A DNA stretch of 64,000 nt from Eubacteriales bacterium (GCA_045632205.1 JAZQWH010000192.1:361-64360); one strand, 5' to 3'. Positions 43,720-53,751 are shown, counted from the first letter of the stretch. Made by a program: numbers and translations. The notes: a model not told the origin generated them from the letters alone.

Positions 43720-44502
43720 TCAGGACTCGACGGGATGATCCCTTTGGATCAGAATGCGGATCGCATCGAGTGCGGTTTCGATGGCAGGGGCGGTGTTATG
43801 AGCCTCGCTCTGATCGGTATCGAGCCCTGCGGCATAGCGCTCCTGATTCCATACGGCGAGGAAGATCGCGCCCGTACGCAGACGGCGGTATGCACCGACC
43901 GTAAAGAGGGTGGAAGCCTCCATTTCGCTTGCCAGAACGCCCAATCGGCGCCACGCCTCCCATTTTTCCAAAAGGATGCCTTGCGTGGGCTTGGAGGCAG
44001 GATCGTGCTGACCGTAGAAGGAATCCTTGGATTGCACCACGCCCACGTGTGCCTCCTCCTGCCGTCTCTCGGCAGCCTCTGTCAATGCCGTCAGAACACC
44101 GTAATGCGGAACTGCGGGGAACTCTGCGGGCGCGTATTCGTGGGAGGTTCCGTCCTGTCGCACGGCGCCCGTCGCAATGACAAGATCTCCGCACTTGACG
44201 TTCAGATCGATCCCGCCGCAGGTGCCCACGCGGATGCAGGTGGTTGCACCGCAGTTGGCAAGCTCCTCGACCGCGATCGCCGTCGAGGGACCGCCGATGC
44301 CCGTAGAGCAAACGGTTACGGTCTCGCCGTCGAGCAAGCCGTTCCAGATTTCAAATTCGCGACGCTTTCCGATCCGCACGGGAGAATCAAGATAGCGCGC
44401 GATCTGCTCACAGCGGTCGGGATCTCCGGGCAGGATACAGTATTTTCCAATCTCTCCCGGCGCTGCGGGAATATGAAATTGCTTTCGATCGGTTTTGAGC
44501 AT
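43720..44502 (-). CDS. udp: Uridine phosphorylase
   Basis: STGIGGPSTAIAVEELA and RVGTCGG motifs of the PNP/UDP-1 family, closest in pattern to Udp. Confidence 0.8.
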   Translation of the reverse strand: MLKTDRKQFHIPAAPGEIGKYCILPGDPDRCEQIARYLDSPVRIGKRREFEIWNGLLDGETVTVCSTGIGGPSTAIAVEELANCGATTCIRVGTCGGIDLNVKCGDLVIATGAVRQDGTSHEYAPAEFPAVPHYGVLTALTEAAERRQEEAHVGVVQSKDSFYGQHDPASKPTQGILLEKWEAWRRLGVLASEMEASTLFTVGAYRRLRTGAIFLAVWNQERYAAGLDTDQSEAHNTAPAIETALDAIRILIQRDHPVES

Positions 44503-44623
44503 GGCGTTCTCCTTTCGGTTGACGGACTTTGTTTTTCAATATTATTTTACCATATACACGAGAATAATGCAAGTGATTTTGCGCATAATAGCATTGCAAA
44601 TCACAGACGGAGGAGTGGGAAGG

Positions 44624-45634
44624 ATGCAAACGGTAAAATTGTGTGCGAGGATCGTTGCGGCAGGCACGGCGGTTGGAAAAAAGGAGGCGGAGGGGCCGCT
44701 CGGAGAGCAGTTTGATCTCCGCGATCCCGACGATAAATTCGGAATGAATACGTGGGAACGCGCGGAGAGCGAAATGCAACGTCTGGCGCTCAACACCGCG
44801 ATGGGAAAGGCGGGCTTGCGCGATGCCGACGTGGACGCGCTTTTTGCGGGCGATCTGCTCAATCAATGCGTGGGCTCTGCCTACGGTCTGCTCGGGTTTG
44901 ACATTCCTTATTTTGGACTTTACGGTGCTTGCTCAACGGCGGCGGAGGGGCTTTTGCTTGCCTCTATTATGGTAAGTAACCGCGTGTTTGCGCGGTGCGC
45001 ATCGGTCTCCTCGTCGCATAACTGTGCGGCAGAGCGACAGTACCGCACACCGCTTGAATACGGCGGACAGCGCACACCGACGGCACAGTGGACAGTGACG
45101 GGAGCGGGCGCGTTTCTGACCGAGAGATGGGACGGATGCTCCGATTGTGCCGTTATACAAAGGGGACTTCCCGGAAAGGTGCAGGATCGCGGTGTTAACG
45201 ATCCCAATAATATGGGTGCGGCAATGGCGCCCGCTGCGCTTGACACGTTGGTGCGTTTTTTTGAGGACACGGGGGAGTCTCCCACGTCGTATGATCTGAT
45301 CGTTACGGGAGATCTTGGCTTTGAGGGCGGCTCTCTGCTTTGCTCCTTGATGGAGGCGGAGGGATATTCGATCCGTGGGAGATATGCCGATTGCGGTCAA
45401 ATGATCTATGACAGACGGCGGCAGGACGTGCATTGCGGCGGCTCGGGATGCGGCTGCTCCGCGGTGGTGTTGGCATCGCATCTGTTACCGATGATCGAGA
45501 GAGGCGAGCTTGAGCGGATCTTGTTTCTGGCGACGGGGGCGATGATGAGCCCGGACAGCGTCAAGCAAGGACGGAATATTCCCGCTGTCGCACATCTGCT
45601 TGAGATCGTACACGCAAAGGAGGGGAGAAAATGA
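44624..45634 (+). CDS. spoVAD: Stage V sporulation protein AD
   Basis: Recognisably collinear with Bacillus SpoVAD (AGDLLNQ, SSHNCAAERQYR.P.EYGGQ, GGSGCGCSAVV). RBS ggagg precedes ATG 44624. Confidence 0.9.
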   Translation: MQTVKLCARIVAAGTAVGKKEAEGPLGEQFDLRDPDDKFGMNTWERAESEMQRLALNTAMGKAGLRDADVDALFAGDLLNQCVGSAYGLLGFDIPYFGLYGACSTAAEGLLLASIMVSNRVFARCASVSSSHNCAAERQYRTPLEYGGQRTPTAQWTVTGAGAFLTERWDGCSDCAVIQRGLPGKVQDRGVNDPNNMGAAMAPAALDTLVRFFEDTGESPTSYDLIVTGDLGFEGGSLLCSLMEAEGYSIRGRYADCGQMIYDRRRQDVHCGGSGCGCSAVVLASHLLPMIERGELERILFLATGAMMSPDSVKQGRNIPAVAHLLEIVHAKEGRK

Positions 45635-46005
45635 GCTGGCAGGACTTTTTGCCGTACGTTTGGGCGTTTGCGGTGGGCGGAGGATTTTGTGTGATCGCGC
45701 AGATCCTGATCGATCGCACCAAGCTTACGCCCGCAAGGATTTTGGTGCTTTACGTTGTGTTGGGCGTCGCACTTGGGGCAATCGGGCTCTATGAGCCTCT
45801 TGTGAAGCTGGCGGGCGCGGGAGCGACCACACCGCTCACGGGCTTTGGATATCTGATCGAAAAGGGAGTGCGCGAGGCGGTGGATGAAAAGGGGCTGCTC
45901 GGTGCGCTGACGGGCGGTCTTTCTGCGGCGGCGGGCGGGATCGCGGCGGCTTTGGTGTTCGGTTATCTCGCCTGTCTGATCTTTTCGGGCAAGCCGAAGG
46001 AATGA
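45631..46005 (+). CDS. spoVAE: Stage V sporulation protein AE
   Basis: WAFAVGGGFCVIAQILID..LYEPLVKLAGAGATTPLTGFG matches the SpoVAEB pattern. ATGA overlap with spoVAD. Confidence 0.85.
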   Translation: MSWQDFLPYVWAFAVGGGFCVIAQILIDRTKLTPARILVLYVVLGVALGAIGLYEPLVKLAGAGATTPLTGFGYLIEKGVREAVDEKGLLGALTGGLSAAAGGIAAALVFGYLACLIFSGKPKE

Positions 46006-46038
46006 TCGGGAGGGCTTCAAAAAATCTTTGGAAAGTGA

Positions 46039-46067
46039 TTGACAGAAATATGAATTTATGCTATACT
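46039..46067 (+). promoter_or_regulatory. Promoter TTGACA-N17(TGn)-TATACT upstream of alaS
   Basis: ttgaca 46039-46044 and tgctatact ending at 46067. Confidence 0.65.
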
Positions 46068-46119
46068 ATACTATGTATGTAAAGATTTCAATGTCAAACC
46101 GAAAGGATTTTTTGTAACC

Positions 46120-48753
46120 ATGAAATGGACATCTTTAAACGACCTGCGTGAAAAGTATCTCTCCTTCTTTGAGAGCAAGGGACATTTGCGCCTGCCGTCT
46201 TATCCGCTCGTTCCCATCAACGACAAATCTCTCCTGCTCATCAACTCGGGTATGGCACCGATGAAGAAGTTCTTCACAGGTGAGGAGATTCCTCCGCGCA
46301 ACCGCGTAACCACCTGCCAGAAGTGCATCCGTACGCCCGACCTGGAGCGCGTCGGACACACCGCACGTCACGGCACGTTCTTCGAAATGCTGGGTAACTT
46401 CTCCTTTGGCGATTACTTCAAGGATGAGGCGATTCCGTGGGCGTGGGAGTTCCTGACCGAAACGCTCGAGATCCCGAAGGATCTGCTCTGGCCCTCTATT
46501 TACGAGAGCGACGAGGAGGCTTACGATATTTGGGTCAACAAGGTTGGCGTCGATCCCGCGCACGTCGTTCGTCTCGGCAAGGCGGACAACTTCTGGGAGC
46601 ACGGAACCGGCCCCTGCGGCCCCTGCTCCGAGATCTATTTTGACCGTGGCATCAAATATGGCTGCGGCTCTCCCGACTGTAAGCCCGGTTGCGATTGCGA
46701 CCGCTTTATGGAGATCTGGAACAACGTCTTCTCCCAGTTCAACAATATGGGAGACGGTACTTATACCGAGCTTGCACAGAAGAACATTGATACGGGAATG
46801 GGACTTGAGCGTCTTGCGTGCGTCATGCAGGGCGTGAACAATATGTTCGAGGTCGATTCGATCCGTAAGGTGCTTGATAACGTCTGCCGTATCGCGGGCA
46901 AGGAGTACGAGAAGGATCAGAACACCGATATTTCCATCCGTGTCGTTACCGACCACATCCGTTCCGCGATGTTTATGATCTCGGACGGTGTCATTCCCTC
47001 CAACGAGGGACGCGGCTACGTATTGCGCCGTATTCTGCGCCGCGCGTGCCGCCACGGTAAGCTTCTCGGCATCAACCGCTCCTTCCTGCCCGAGCTTTGC
47101 GTCATTGCGATCGAGGAATCGCAGGGCGCATATCCCGAGCTTGCGGAGAAGCGCGACTATATTCTCAAGGTTATCGCAATGGAGGAGGAGCGCTTTGACG
47201 CGACCATCGATGCGGGTCTTGCCATCCTTTCCAACCTCATTCGCCGCGCACTGACCGACGGTGTAAAGACCATCTCGGGTGAGGAGGTATTCAAGCTTTA
47301 CGATACCTTCGGCTTCCCGATCGATCTCACCCGTGAGATCCTGGAGGAGCAGAAGCTCGGCATTGATGAGGAGACCTTCAAGAAGCTGATGGAGGAGCAG
47401 AAGGTGCGTGCAAGAACCGCTCGCGCGAATATTTCGGGCTGGAGCAGCAGCACGGGCAGCCTTCTTTCCGAGCTTCCCAAGACCGAATTCACGGGATATA
47501 GCGAGACGACCACCGACGGCGCGAAGATCATTGCGATCCTCGTCGGCGAGGATTCTGTTGAGTCTGTCAGCGAGGGCGGCTGCACGCTGGTTCTGGACAA
47601 GACTCCCTTCTACGGTGAGGGCGGCGGACAGGTTGGCGACACGGGTATGATCTACGACCGCGATACGATGATCTCGGTAGCCGATACCAAGAAGACCGAC
47701 GGTGTATATCTCCACGTCTGCACGATGGTAAACGGTGACGTCAAGGTTGGCGACGTGGTCCGTGCAGAGGTTGACGCAATGAGACGCGCGGCGATTATGA
47801 GAAACCATTCTGCGGCGCATCTGCTGCAGGCTGCTCTCCGTACCGTGCTCGGAACGCACGTTGAGCAGGCAGGCTCCTACGTGGATGACGCGCACGTTCG
47901 CTTCGACTTCACGCACTATGCGGCACTGACCGACGAGGAGCTGGCAAAGGTTGAGGGGCTTGTGAACGCACACGTGCTCGTCGGCAATCCCATCGAGACG
48001 GTCGAGACCGATATTGAGACCGCAAAGAAGAACGGCGCAATGGCACTCTTCGGTGAGAAGTACGGTGCGGTTGTCCGTATGGTCAAGATGGGCAGCTTTT
48101 CCACCGAGCTTTGCGGCGGTACGCATCTGGATAACACCGCAAAGGTAGGATTGTTCAAGATCACCTCCGAGACCTCCGTTTCCGCAGGTGTTCGCCGAAT
48201 CGAGGCAGTTACGGGTCTGGGCGTGCTTATGCAGCTCAAGGCTGACGAGGCGCTTCTTGCCGATACCGCAAAGGAGCTTAAGGTTCAGAAGGTCTGCGAT
48301 CTCGCAAAGCGCGCATCGCAGCTGCAGACCGAGCTTTCCGCAATGAAGAAGGAGATCGAGGCACTCAACGCCAAGATTGCGGCATCCGGTCTGGATTCCA
48401 TTATGGCAAACGCCGAGACGGTTGGATCGGTCAAGCTGGTTGCAACCGCTCTGCAGGGTATGCAGCTTGACGTTGCACGCTCGCTTGCAGACGAGATCAA
48501 GGCTCGCTTTGACGATACCGTTGCAGTTCTCTCGCTTGAGGCGGACGGAAAGGTCAGCTTCATTGCCGTTGCAGGTAAGGCTGCCGTTGCGGCAGGCGCG
48601 CACGCAGGCAAGCTGGTGGGCGCGGTTGCTGCCGTTACAGGCGGTAAGGGCGGCGGACGTCCCGACAATGCAATGGCGGGCGGCAGAGATGCCTCCAAGA
48701 TCGCAGAGGCCCTTGCGAGCGCAAAGGATACTCTTGCGGGTATGCTCAAATAA
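46120..48753 (+). CDS. alaS: Alanine--tRNA ligase
   Basis: 877 aa with class II AlaRS motifs (FFEMLGNFSFGDYFK, editing-domain HSAAHLL, C-terminal DHHA1-like GGGRPD). Confidence 0.95.
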   Translation: MKWTSLNDLREKYLSFFESKGHLRLPSYPLVPINDKSLLLINSGMAPMKKFFTGEEIPPRNRVTTCQKCIRTPDLERVGHTARHGTFFEMLGNFSFGDYFKDEAIPWAWEFLTETLEIPKDLLWPSIYESDEEAYDIWVNKVGVDPAHVVRLGKADNFWEHGTGPCGPCSEIYFDRGIKYGCGSPDCKPGCDCDRFMEIWNNVFSQFNNMGDGTYTELAQKNIDTGMGLERLACVMQGVNNMFEVDSIRKVLDNVCRIAGKEYEKDQNTDISIRVVTDHIRSAMFMISDGVIPSNEGRGYVLRRILRRACRHGKLLGINRSFLPELCVIAIEESQGAYPELAEKRDYILKVIAMEEERFDATIDAGLAILSNLIRRALTDGVKTISGEEVFKLYDTFGFPIDLTREILEEQKLGIDEETFKKLMEEQKVRARTARANISGWSSSTGSLLSELPKTEFTGYSETTTDGAKIIAILVGEDSVESVSEGGCTLVLDKTPFYGEGGGQVGDTGMIYDRDTMISVADTKKTDGVYLHVCTMVNGDVKVGDVVRAEVDAMRRAAIMRNHSAAHLLQAALRTVLGTHVEQAGSYVDDAHVRFDFTHYAALTDEELAKVEGLVNAHVLVGNPIETVETDIETAKKNGAMALFGEKYGAVVRMVKMGSFSTELCGGTHLDNTAKVGLFKITSETSVSAGVRRIEAVTGLGVLMQLKADEALLADTAKELKVQKVCDLAKRASQLQTELSAMKKEIEALNAKIAASGLDSIMANAETVGSVKLVATALQGMQLDVARSLADEIKARFDDTVAVLSLEADGKVSFIAVAGKAAVAAGAHAGKLVGAVAAVTGGKGGGRPDNAMAGGRDASKIAEALASAKDTLAGMLK

Positions 48754-48777
48754 TATCCCCGAAAGGAGACCGTGTTT

Positions 48778-50574
48778 ATGAAGCACGTTACCAATGACGT
48801 TTACTACGTAGGCGTAAACGATCGCGAGATCGACTTGTTTGAGGGACAGTACGTTGTCGAAAACGGCATGGCGTACAACTCTTATCTCATTGTTGATGAA
48901 AAGGTTGCGATTTTTGATACCGTTGACGCGCGATTCACGCACGAGTGGCTTGACCACGTTACCGAGGTGCTTGGTAGCCGTCAGCCCGATTACCTCATCG
49001 TTCAGCATATGGAGCCGGATCATTCGGCAAACGTCGATCAGTTTATGAAGAACTATCCGACTGCAACGGTCGTTGCAACCGCAAAGGCGTTTGCAATGAT
49101 GAAGCAGTTCTTTGGAACCGAATACGAGGATCGCCGCATCGTTGTGGGGGAGGGAGACAAGCTTTCCCTCGGTACGCACGAATTGACCTTTGTGACCGCG
49201 CCGATGGTACATTGGCCCGAGGTTATGGTGACCTACGATGCAAAGGATAAGATCCTGTTCTCCGCCGATGGCTTTGGCAAGTTCGGTGCGCTCGACGCGG
49301 ATGAGGATTGGGCTTGCGAGGCGCGCAGATACTACTTTGGTATCGTTGGAAAATACGGCGCGCAGGTTCAGAATCTGCTCAAGAAGGCGGCAGGTCTCGA
49401 TATTGAGATCATCTGTCCCTTGCACGGCCCTGTCCTGAATGAGGATCTCGGCTATTATCTCAATCTTTACAATACCTGGTCTTCTTATTCGGTTGAGACC
49501 GAGGGAATTGTCATTGCGTATACCTCGGTTTACGGCAACACGCGCCGTGCGGTGGAGCTTCTGGCAGAAAAGCTCCGTGCAAACGGATGTCCCAAGGTCG
49601 TGGTCAACGACCTGGCAAGATGTGATATGCACGAGGCTGTGGAGGATGCCTTCCGCTACGGAAAGCTTGTCCTTGCCACCACCACCTATAACGCAGATAT
49701 TTTCCCGTTTATGAAGGAATTTATCCAGCACCTTACCGAGCGTGGATACCGTAACCGTACGATTGCCCTGATGGAGAACGGCTCCTGGGCACCTATGGCG
49801 GCAAAGGTGATGCGCGGAATGCTTGAGGGCTGCAAGAATCTGACCTTTACCGATACCACGGTTCGGATCCTTTCCGCAATGAACGAGGAGAGCAAGGAGC
49901 AGATCAATACGCTCGCGGGCGAGCTTTGCCGCGATTATCTCGCACAGCAGAGCGAGACGGCGAACAAGAACGATCTGACCGCGCTCTTCAACATCGGCTA
50001 CGGTCTGTACGTCGTGACCTCCAATGATGGAAAGAAGGATAACGGACTGATCGTCAATACCGTTACGCAGGTTACCAATACGCCCAATCAGATCGCCGTG
50101 ACCATCAACAAGCAGAACTATTCGCATCACGTCATCAAGCAGACGGGCAAGATGAACGTCAACTGCCTCTCTGTGGATGCCCCCTTTGCGGTGTTTGAGG
50201 CGTTCGGCTTCCGCAGCGGTCGCAATACCGATAAGTTTGCGGATTGCACGCCCCTGCGCTCGGATAACGGCTTGGTGTTCCTGCCCCGATATATCAATTC
50301 CTTTTTGTCTCTCAAGGTAGAGCAGTACGTGGATCTCGGAACGCACGGAATGTTTATTTGCTCGGTCACCGAGGCTCGTGTGATCTCGAACCTGGAGACG
50401 ATGACCTATACCTACTATCAGAACAACGTCAAGCCCAAGCCGCAAACTGCCGGCAAGAAGGGATACGTTTGCAAGATCTGCGGTTACGTCTATGAGGGCG
50501 ACCCGTTGCCCGAGGATTTCATCTGTCCGCTGTGCAAGCACGGTGCGGCAGACTTCGAGCCGATTCAGAATTGA
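48778..50574 (+). CDS. Multidomain flavodiiron protein: diiron MBL-like, flavodoxin-like, flavin-reductase-like and rubredoxin domains
   Basis: Diiron motif HMEPDHS, flavodoxin-like segment VIAYTSVYGNT, flavin-reductase-like segment GLYVVTS.DG...G, and C-terminal rubredoxin CKICGY...CPLCKH. Confidence 0.8.
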   Translation: MKHVTNDVYYVGVNDREIDLFEGQYVVENGMAYNSYLIVDEKVAIFDTVDARFTHEWLDHVTEVLGSRQPDYLIVQHMEPDHSANVDQFMKNYPTATVVATAKAFAMMKQFFGTEYEDRRIVVGEGDKLSLGTHELTFVTAPMVHWPEVMVTYDAKDKILFSADGFGKFGALDADEDWACEARRYYFGIVGKYGAQVQNLLKKAAGLDIEIICPLHGPVLNEDLGYYLNLYNTWSSYSVETEGIVIAYTSVYGNTRRAVELLAEKLRANGCPKVVVNDLARCDMHEAVEDAFRYGKLVLATTTYNADIFPFMKEFIQHLTERGYRNRTIALMENGSWAPMAAKVMRGMLEGCKNLTFTDTTVRILSAMNEESKEQINTLAGELCRDYLAQQSETANKNDLTALFNIGYGLYVVTSNDGKKDNGLIVNTVTQVTNTPNQIAVTINKQNYSHHVIKQTGKMNVNCLSVDAPFAVFEAFGFRSGRNTDKFADCTPLRSDNGLVFLPRYINSFLSLKVEQYVDLGTHGMFICSVTEARVISNLETMTYTYYQNNVKPKPQTAGKKGYVCKICGYVYEGDPLPEDFICPLCKHGAADFEPIQN

Positions 50575-50583
50575 CAAAAAAGA

Positions 50584-50610
50584 AGACTCCCGTGGGAGTC
50601 GGTTTTTTTT
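50584..50610. terminator. Bidirectional terminator
   Basis: gactccc gtg ggagtc hairpin with a 9-T run, preceded by an A run. Confidence 0.75.
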
Positions 50611-50617
50611 TGATTGA

Positions 50618-51955
50618 TCAAAAATGGTAGGATCTGTCCTCGCCTGCGCCGATACGAATGAAATGGAGTGTGCGGCTCGTCGGATCGATGCGGATGCAGT
50701 CGATCGCTTGCTCGGTCGCCGTTCCCACGCGCATCCTTGCGGCAAGTGGAGAGGAGGAGTATTTATACCCGTCGGAAAGAACGGAAAGAAGGGGGAGTGT
50801 CGTGCGCCCGTTTGTGACTTGGTCGAGCATATCCACGTGGATATGTCCCGTGATCCAGAATGCAAGCTCTGCGCGCGCATTTTCTTTAATGGAGAGGAGA
50901 CGATTGCTGATCTGTCGGTTTTTCTCGGTGATCACAAGGTCGCCGTCGGTACTCATACCGCGTGAATATGCGTGCGTGAAGAGAATGACCGTCCAATCTC
51001 GGTCAAGCTCCAGGATTTTTTGCTCCACCCAATCAAGCGCACCGTCCACGTAGCTATCCTCAGGCATACCGAACATACTGTCGCTGAGATAAAACTGAAC
51101 CATACGTAGCTTCTGCTCGGGAAGATCGAAGTAGCCGTGGCTGGGATCGCCCTCGGTTACGGCAAACCGTTCAATTCCGCTCATATAAAGCTCGTGGGAC
51201 TCCGATTCGGAAAATCGGAGCGCGCGATTGGTGTTGCCGCTGGAATAATTACGGTCGTGGTTGCCGAGTGTAGAGAAAACGAAAAGCTCTTTGTCGAGCT
51301 GACCGAAAAAGCCCGTTACCTCTCGCTTGGCGCAATCACGGTCGGGATTATAGCGCACGATCATATCGCCGCCAAACACAACGTATGGAATATTCAGCTC
51401 GCGGGAGAGATGATTGAGGATGGTGGGGGAGTGTTGTGCGTTGTCGATCCAATGCACGTCGGTGAGGTAGAAAAGCTCAGCCGCATTGGGAAATTCGCGG
51501 CGCGACTGCTCAATGCGTGCCCGTGCATCCTCAAGTGCGGGAACCCAATACGCAGGCAGAACGTTTTCTTGGGGGATATAGAACCGAACGGGCATATCCT
51601 CATGGGTGAACGCTCTGCCGTCCTCATACGAGACTACAAAGAGGACGTAAGTCTCCTTGTTTCCCGCATAAAGCTCGTAGTTTTTTGTTCTCCATTTTGC
51701 TTTGGAGATGTCAAAGGAGAAATCCGCATTGACGTTACCCGTGTTCCCATCCGTGCGCCTTTCGCAGGGGACTGCACGTACGCGGACGCCCTCGGGGACG
51801 GTAAATATAATTTTTGTCATAGCGGGGAGGAGCAGAGGCGTGATCAGGCGCAGGGCGGTTGTCCCTCCGCTTGTAAAACAGTTTTGCTCATCGTCCGTGC
51901 CGCCCTGCATCCAAAGCGCGCGGTCCTGCAGCATCGTGCCGTAGTCAAGCTTCAT
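50618..51955 (-). CDS. Calcineurin-like metallophosphoesterase family protein
   Basis: VVFGGDM, GNHD and GHIH motifs. 445 aa. Confidence 0.7.
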   Translation of the reverse strand: MKLDYGTMLQDRALWMQGGTDDEQNCFTSGGTTALRLITPLLLPAMTKIIFTVPEGVRVRAVPCERRTDGNTGNVNADFSFDISKAKWRTKNYELYAGNKETYVLFVVSYEDGRAFTHEDMPVRFYIPQENVLPAYWVPALEDARARIEQSRREFPNAAELFYLTDVHWIDNAQHSPTILNHLSRELNIPYVVFGGDMIVRYNPDRDCAKREVTGFFGQLDKELFVFSTLGNHDRNYSSGNTNRALRFSESESHELYMSGIERFAVTEGDPSHGYFDLPEQKLRMVQFYLSDSMFGMPEDSYVDGALDWVEQKILELDRDWTVILFTHAYSRGMSTDGDLVITEKNRQISNRLLSIKENARAELAFWITGHIHVDMLDQVTNGRTTLPLLSVLSDGYKYSSSPLAARMRVGTATEQAIDCIRIDPTSRTLHFIRIGAGEDRSYHF

Positions 51956-52023
51956 CGTAAGTATTCCTTTCGGCTATCTTTCCTTATATTATAACAAGAG
52001 AAGTACGAAATTACAAGAGAATT

Positions 52024-52056
52024 AAAAAAATACCGCCGAGTTTTTTCTCGGCGGTA
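52024..52056 (-). terminator. Intrinsic terminator of the lipoprotein gene
   Basis: accgccgag/ctcggcggt hairpin with a T-run on the minus strand. Confidence 0.75.
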
Positions 52057-52064
52057 AAAAATGA

Positions 52065-53105
52065 TTATTTCAGATCCTTTTCAGTCCAATCAAAGGTTGC
52101 GGACTGTGCCCATTTGATGAAGGTGGGCATATAGTTTGCGGCGGATTTTCTCTCGCACGCGAACTCAACGGTGTAGAGATTCTTGCCACCCTCCAGGCAG
52201 AATACGAAGTAGGTGTATTTCTGCGTAGTGGGCTTCTGTTGAGGATTGTTGGGGTTGGGGATCGACTGACCGAACTCAAAGGTAAAGTAGCTCAGGCTGC
52301 CTTCCTTGGTCAGACCAGAGATCTTATCGATCTTTTCGCTGATCTGATCCTGCTGTTTGTATTTTCCGTAAACGAGATTTGTGTAATCATTGAGCTTCTT
52401 GACGCCTGCGTTGGACTTGCTGTCCTTTTTGACGTTGATGATGATCTTGCCGTCATCGGAAGCGTAGCTTGCGATCAGGGTCTCCGTTTTGGTGGAGCTG
52501 ACGGGATTGTTTTCCTTGAGCAGGGTATCAAGATCGTTCTTGACGAAGCCCTCGGTGAGAGTGATCATAAATGCCTTGTCAACCAGGTAGTTCTTATCCT
52601 TCAGCGTGAAGAATACCGACTGTGCCCAGGTGGTGAAGGTGGGGAGATAACTCTCGTAAAGTGCCTCCTCGCAGACGAAGCGGATCGTCCAGAAGGAGTT
52701 GGTGCTACGGTACATAGCGGAAAGTGCCTTGTAGATCTTGCCGTCTTCCTCGTAGGTGTATTCAAAGGTAACAAGCCCCGTTTCCTCGGAAACCGTAACG
52801 TCAGAGGGCGTCTTGCTTGCATTGTTTGCGCGGACGAGCTCTGCGTAATTCTCGACAGAAAGTCTTGCCTGCTCCTCGGTCAGATCGTCAAACTTTTCCT
52901 GAATGAGGTAAACGGTTACGTCGGATGCCTCAAAGCAAGCGGTATAATCCGTTGTCTTGACCGTCTTGAATGCAGAGGAGAGGACGATGGAAACGTCGGG
53001 GGTGGAGAAGGTCTCCTCGGGGGAGTTCATCGCGGTGCGTTTTTCGCAGCCGACTGCGGAGAGCACCGTTGCCAGCACCAACAGGCAAATTAAGAGTCTT
53101 TTCAT
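52065..53105 (-). CDS. Lipoprotein with internal two-fold duplication, unknown function
   Basis: Signal and lipobox LSAVGC. RBS ggagga. Both halves end in Y.PTF(T/I).WAQS..F. Confidence 0.7.
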   Translation of the reverse strand: MKRLLICLLVLATVLSAVGCEKRTAMNSPEETFSTPDVSIVLSSAFKTVKTTDYTACFEASDVTVYLIQEKFDDLTEEQARLSVENYAELVRANNASKTPSDVTVSEETGLVTFEYTYEEDGKIYKALSAMYRSTNSFWTIRFVCEEALYESYLPTFTTWAQSVFFTLKDKNYLVDKAFMITLTEGFVKNDLDTLLKENNPVSSTKTETLIASYASDDGKIIINVKKDSKSNAGVKKLNDYTNLVYGKYKQQDQISEKIDKISGLTKEGSLSYFTFEFGQSIPNPNNPQQKPTTQKYTYFVFCLEGGKNLYTVEFACERKSAANYMPTFIKWAQSATFDWTEKDLK

Positions 53106-53292
53106 GAGATCAGATCCTCCAATAGCTGTATGTAGTAACACAAAAACTGTTCCAATTGTTATTATATCATACAAATTGTCACGTGTCAAGAGATTATTCT
53201 GTGAAAATATCTCGATGTGAGGATTGTTTTTTGTGTTTTTTGGGGGGAGTATGGAAAAAATAAAAACCGACAGACGATTGCCTGTCGGTTTT

Positions 53293-53378
53293 TGGTGGGA
53301 GATGGTGGATTCGGACCACCGAAGCGAAGACGCAACAGATTTACAGTCTGCCCCCTTTGGCCACTCGGGAAATCTCCC
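53293..53378 (-). tRNA. tRNA-Tyr (anticodon GUA), long variable arm, CCA encoded
   Basis: Reverse complement GGGAGATTTCCCGAGTGGCCAAAGGGGGCAGACTGTAAATCTGT...GGTGGTCCGAATCCACCATCTCCCACCA. Confidence 0.9.
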
Positions 53379-53405
53379 ATATGATGTCCACTACGTGTGG
53401 ACATT

Positions 53406-53480
53406 TGGAGCTGGTGAACGGAGTCGAACCATCAACCTGCTGATTACAAATCAGCTGCTCTGCCATTGAGCCACACCAGC
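53406..53480 (-). tRNA. tRNA-Thr (anticodon UGU), CCA encoded
   Basis: Reverse complement GCTGGTGTGGCTCAATGGCAGAGCAGCTGATTTGTAATCAGCAGGTTGATGGTTCGACTCCGTTCACCAGCTCCA. The T-stem contains two G-U pairs. Confidence 0.8.
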
Positions 53481-53651
53481 GAACGGATCCGTTCGCATCG
53501 GAACGTTGATATTATACCACAGACCTTTTCCTTTGTCAAGTCTTTTTTTGAAAAACTTTAATATTTTTTTTGAGAGGGAAAAACAAGTTGAAAATACCCT
53601 GTATTGCATGAAAATAGCGTATCTCAAACACAGCGCGTACGGATAATTTGA

Positions 53652-53680
53652 TTGACAAGAGAGCGGAAATGTGATATACT
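53652..53680 (+). promoter_or_regulatory. Promoter TTGACA-N17(TGn)-TATACT upstream of glmM
   Basis: ttgaca 53652-53657 and tgatatact ending at 53680. Confidence 0.65.
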
Positions 53681-53751
53681 GTCTAATAGGTGTTTTCCAA
53701 ATCGATTTCCTTGAGGCGCAAATTTTTACGAAAAACGGAGGAAAATAACCT

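Noticed and set aside
46006-46119. T-box leader upstream of alaS.
   Set aside because: Only about 50 nt lie between the predicted -10 and the start codon. That is too short for a T-box, and I saw no specifier or antiterminator structure.
46135-50880. 1581-aa stop-free ORF on the minus strand spanning alaS and the flavodiiron gene.
   Set aside because: It is codon-aligned antisense to two well-supported plus-strand genes. Stops in that frame would require the sense codons TTA, CTA or TCA, which this genome evidently avoids. The translation is R/G/A/H/C/L-rich and not protein-like.
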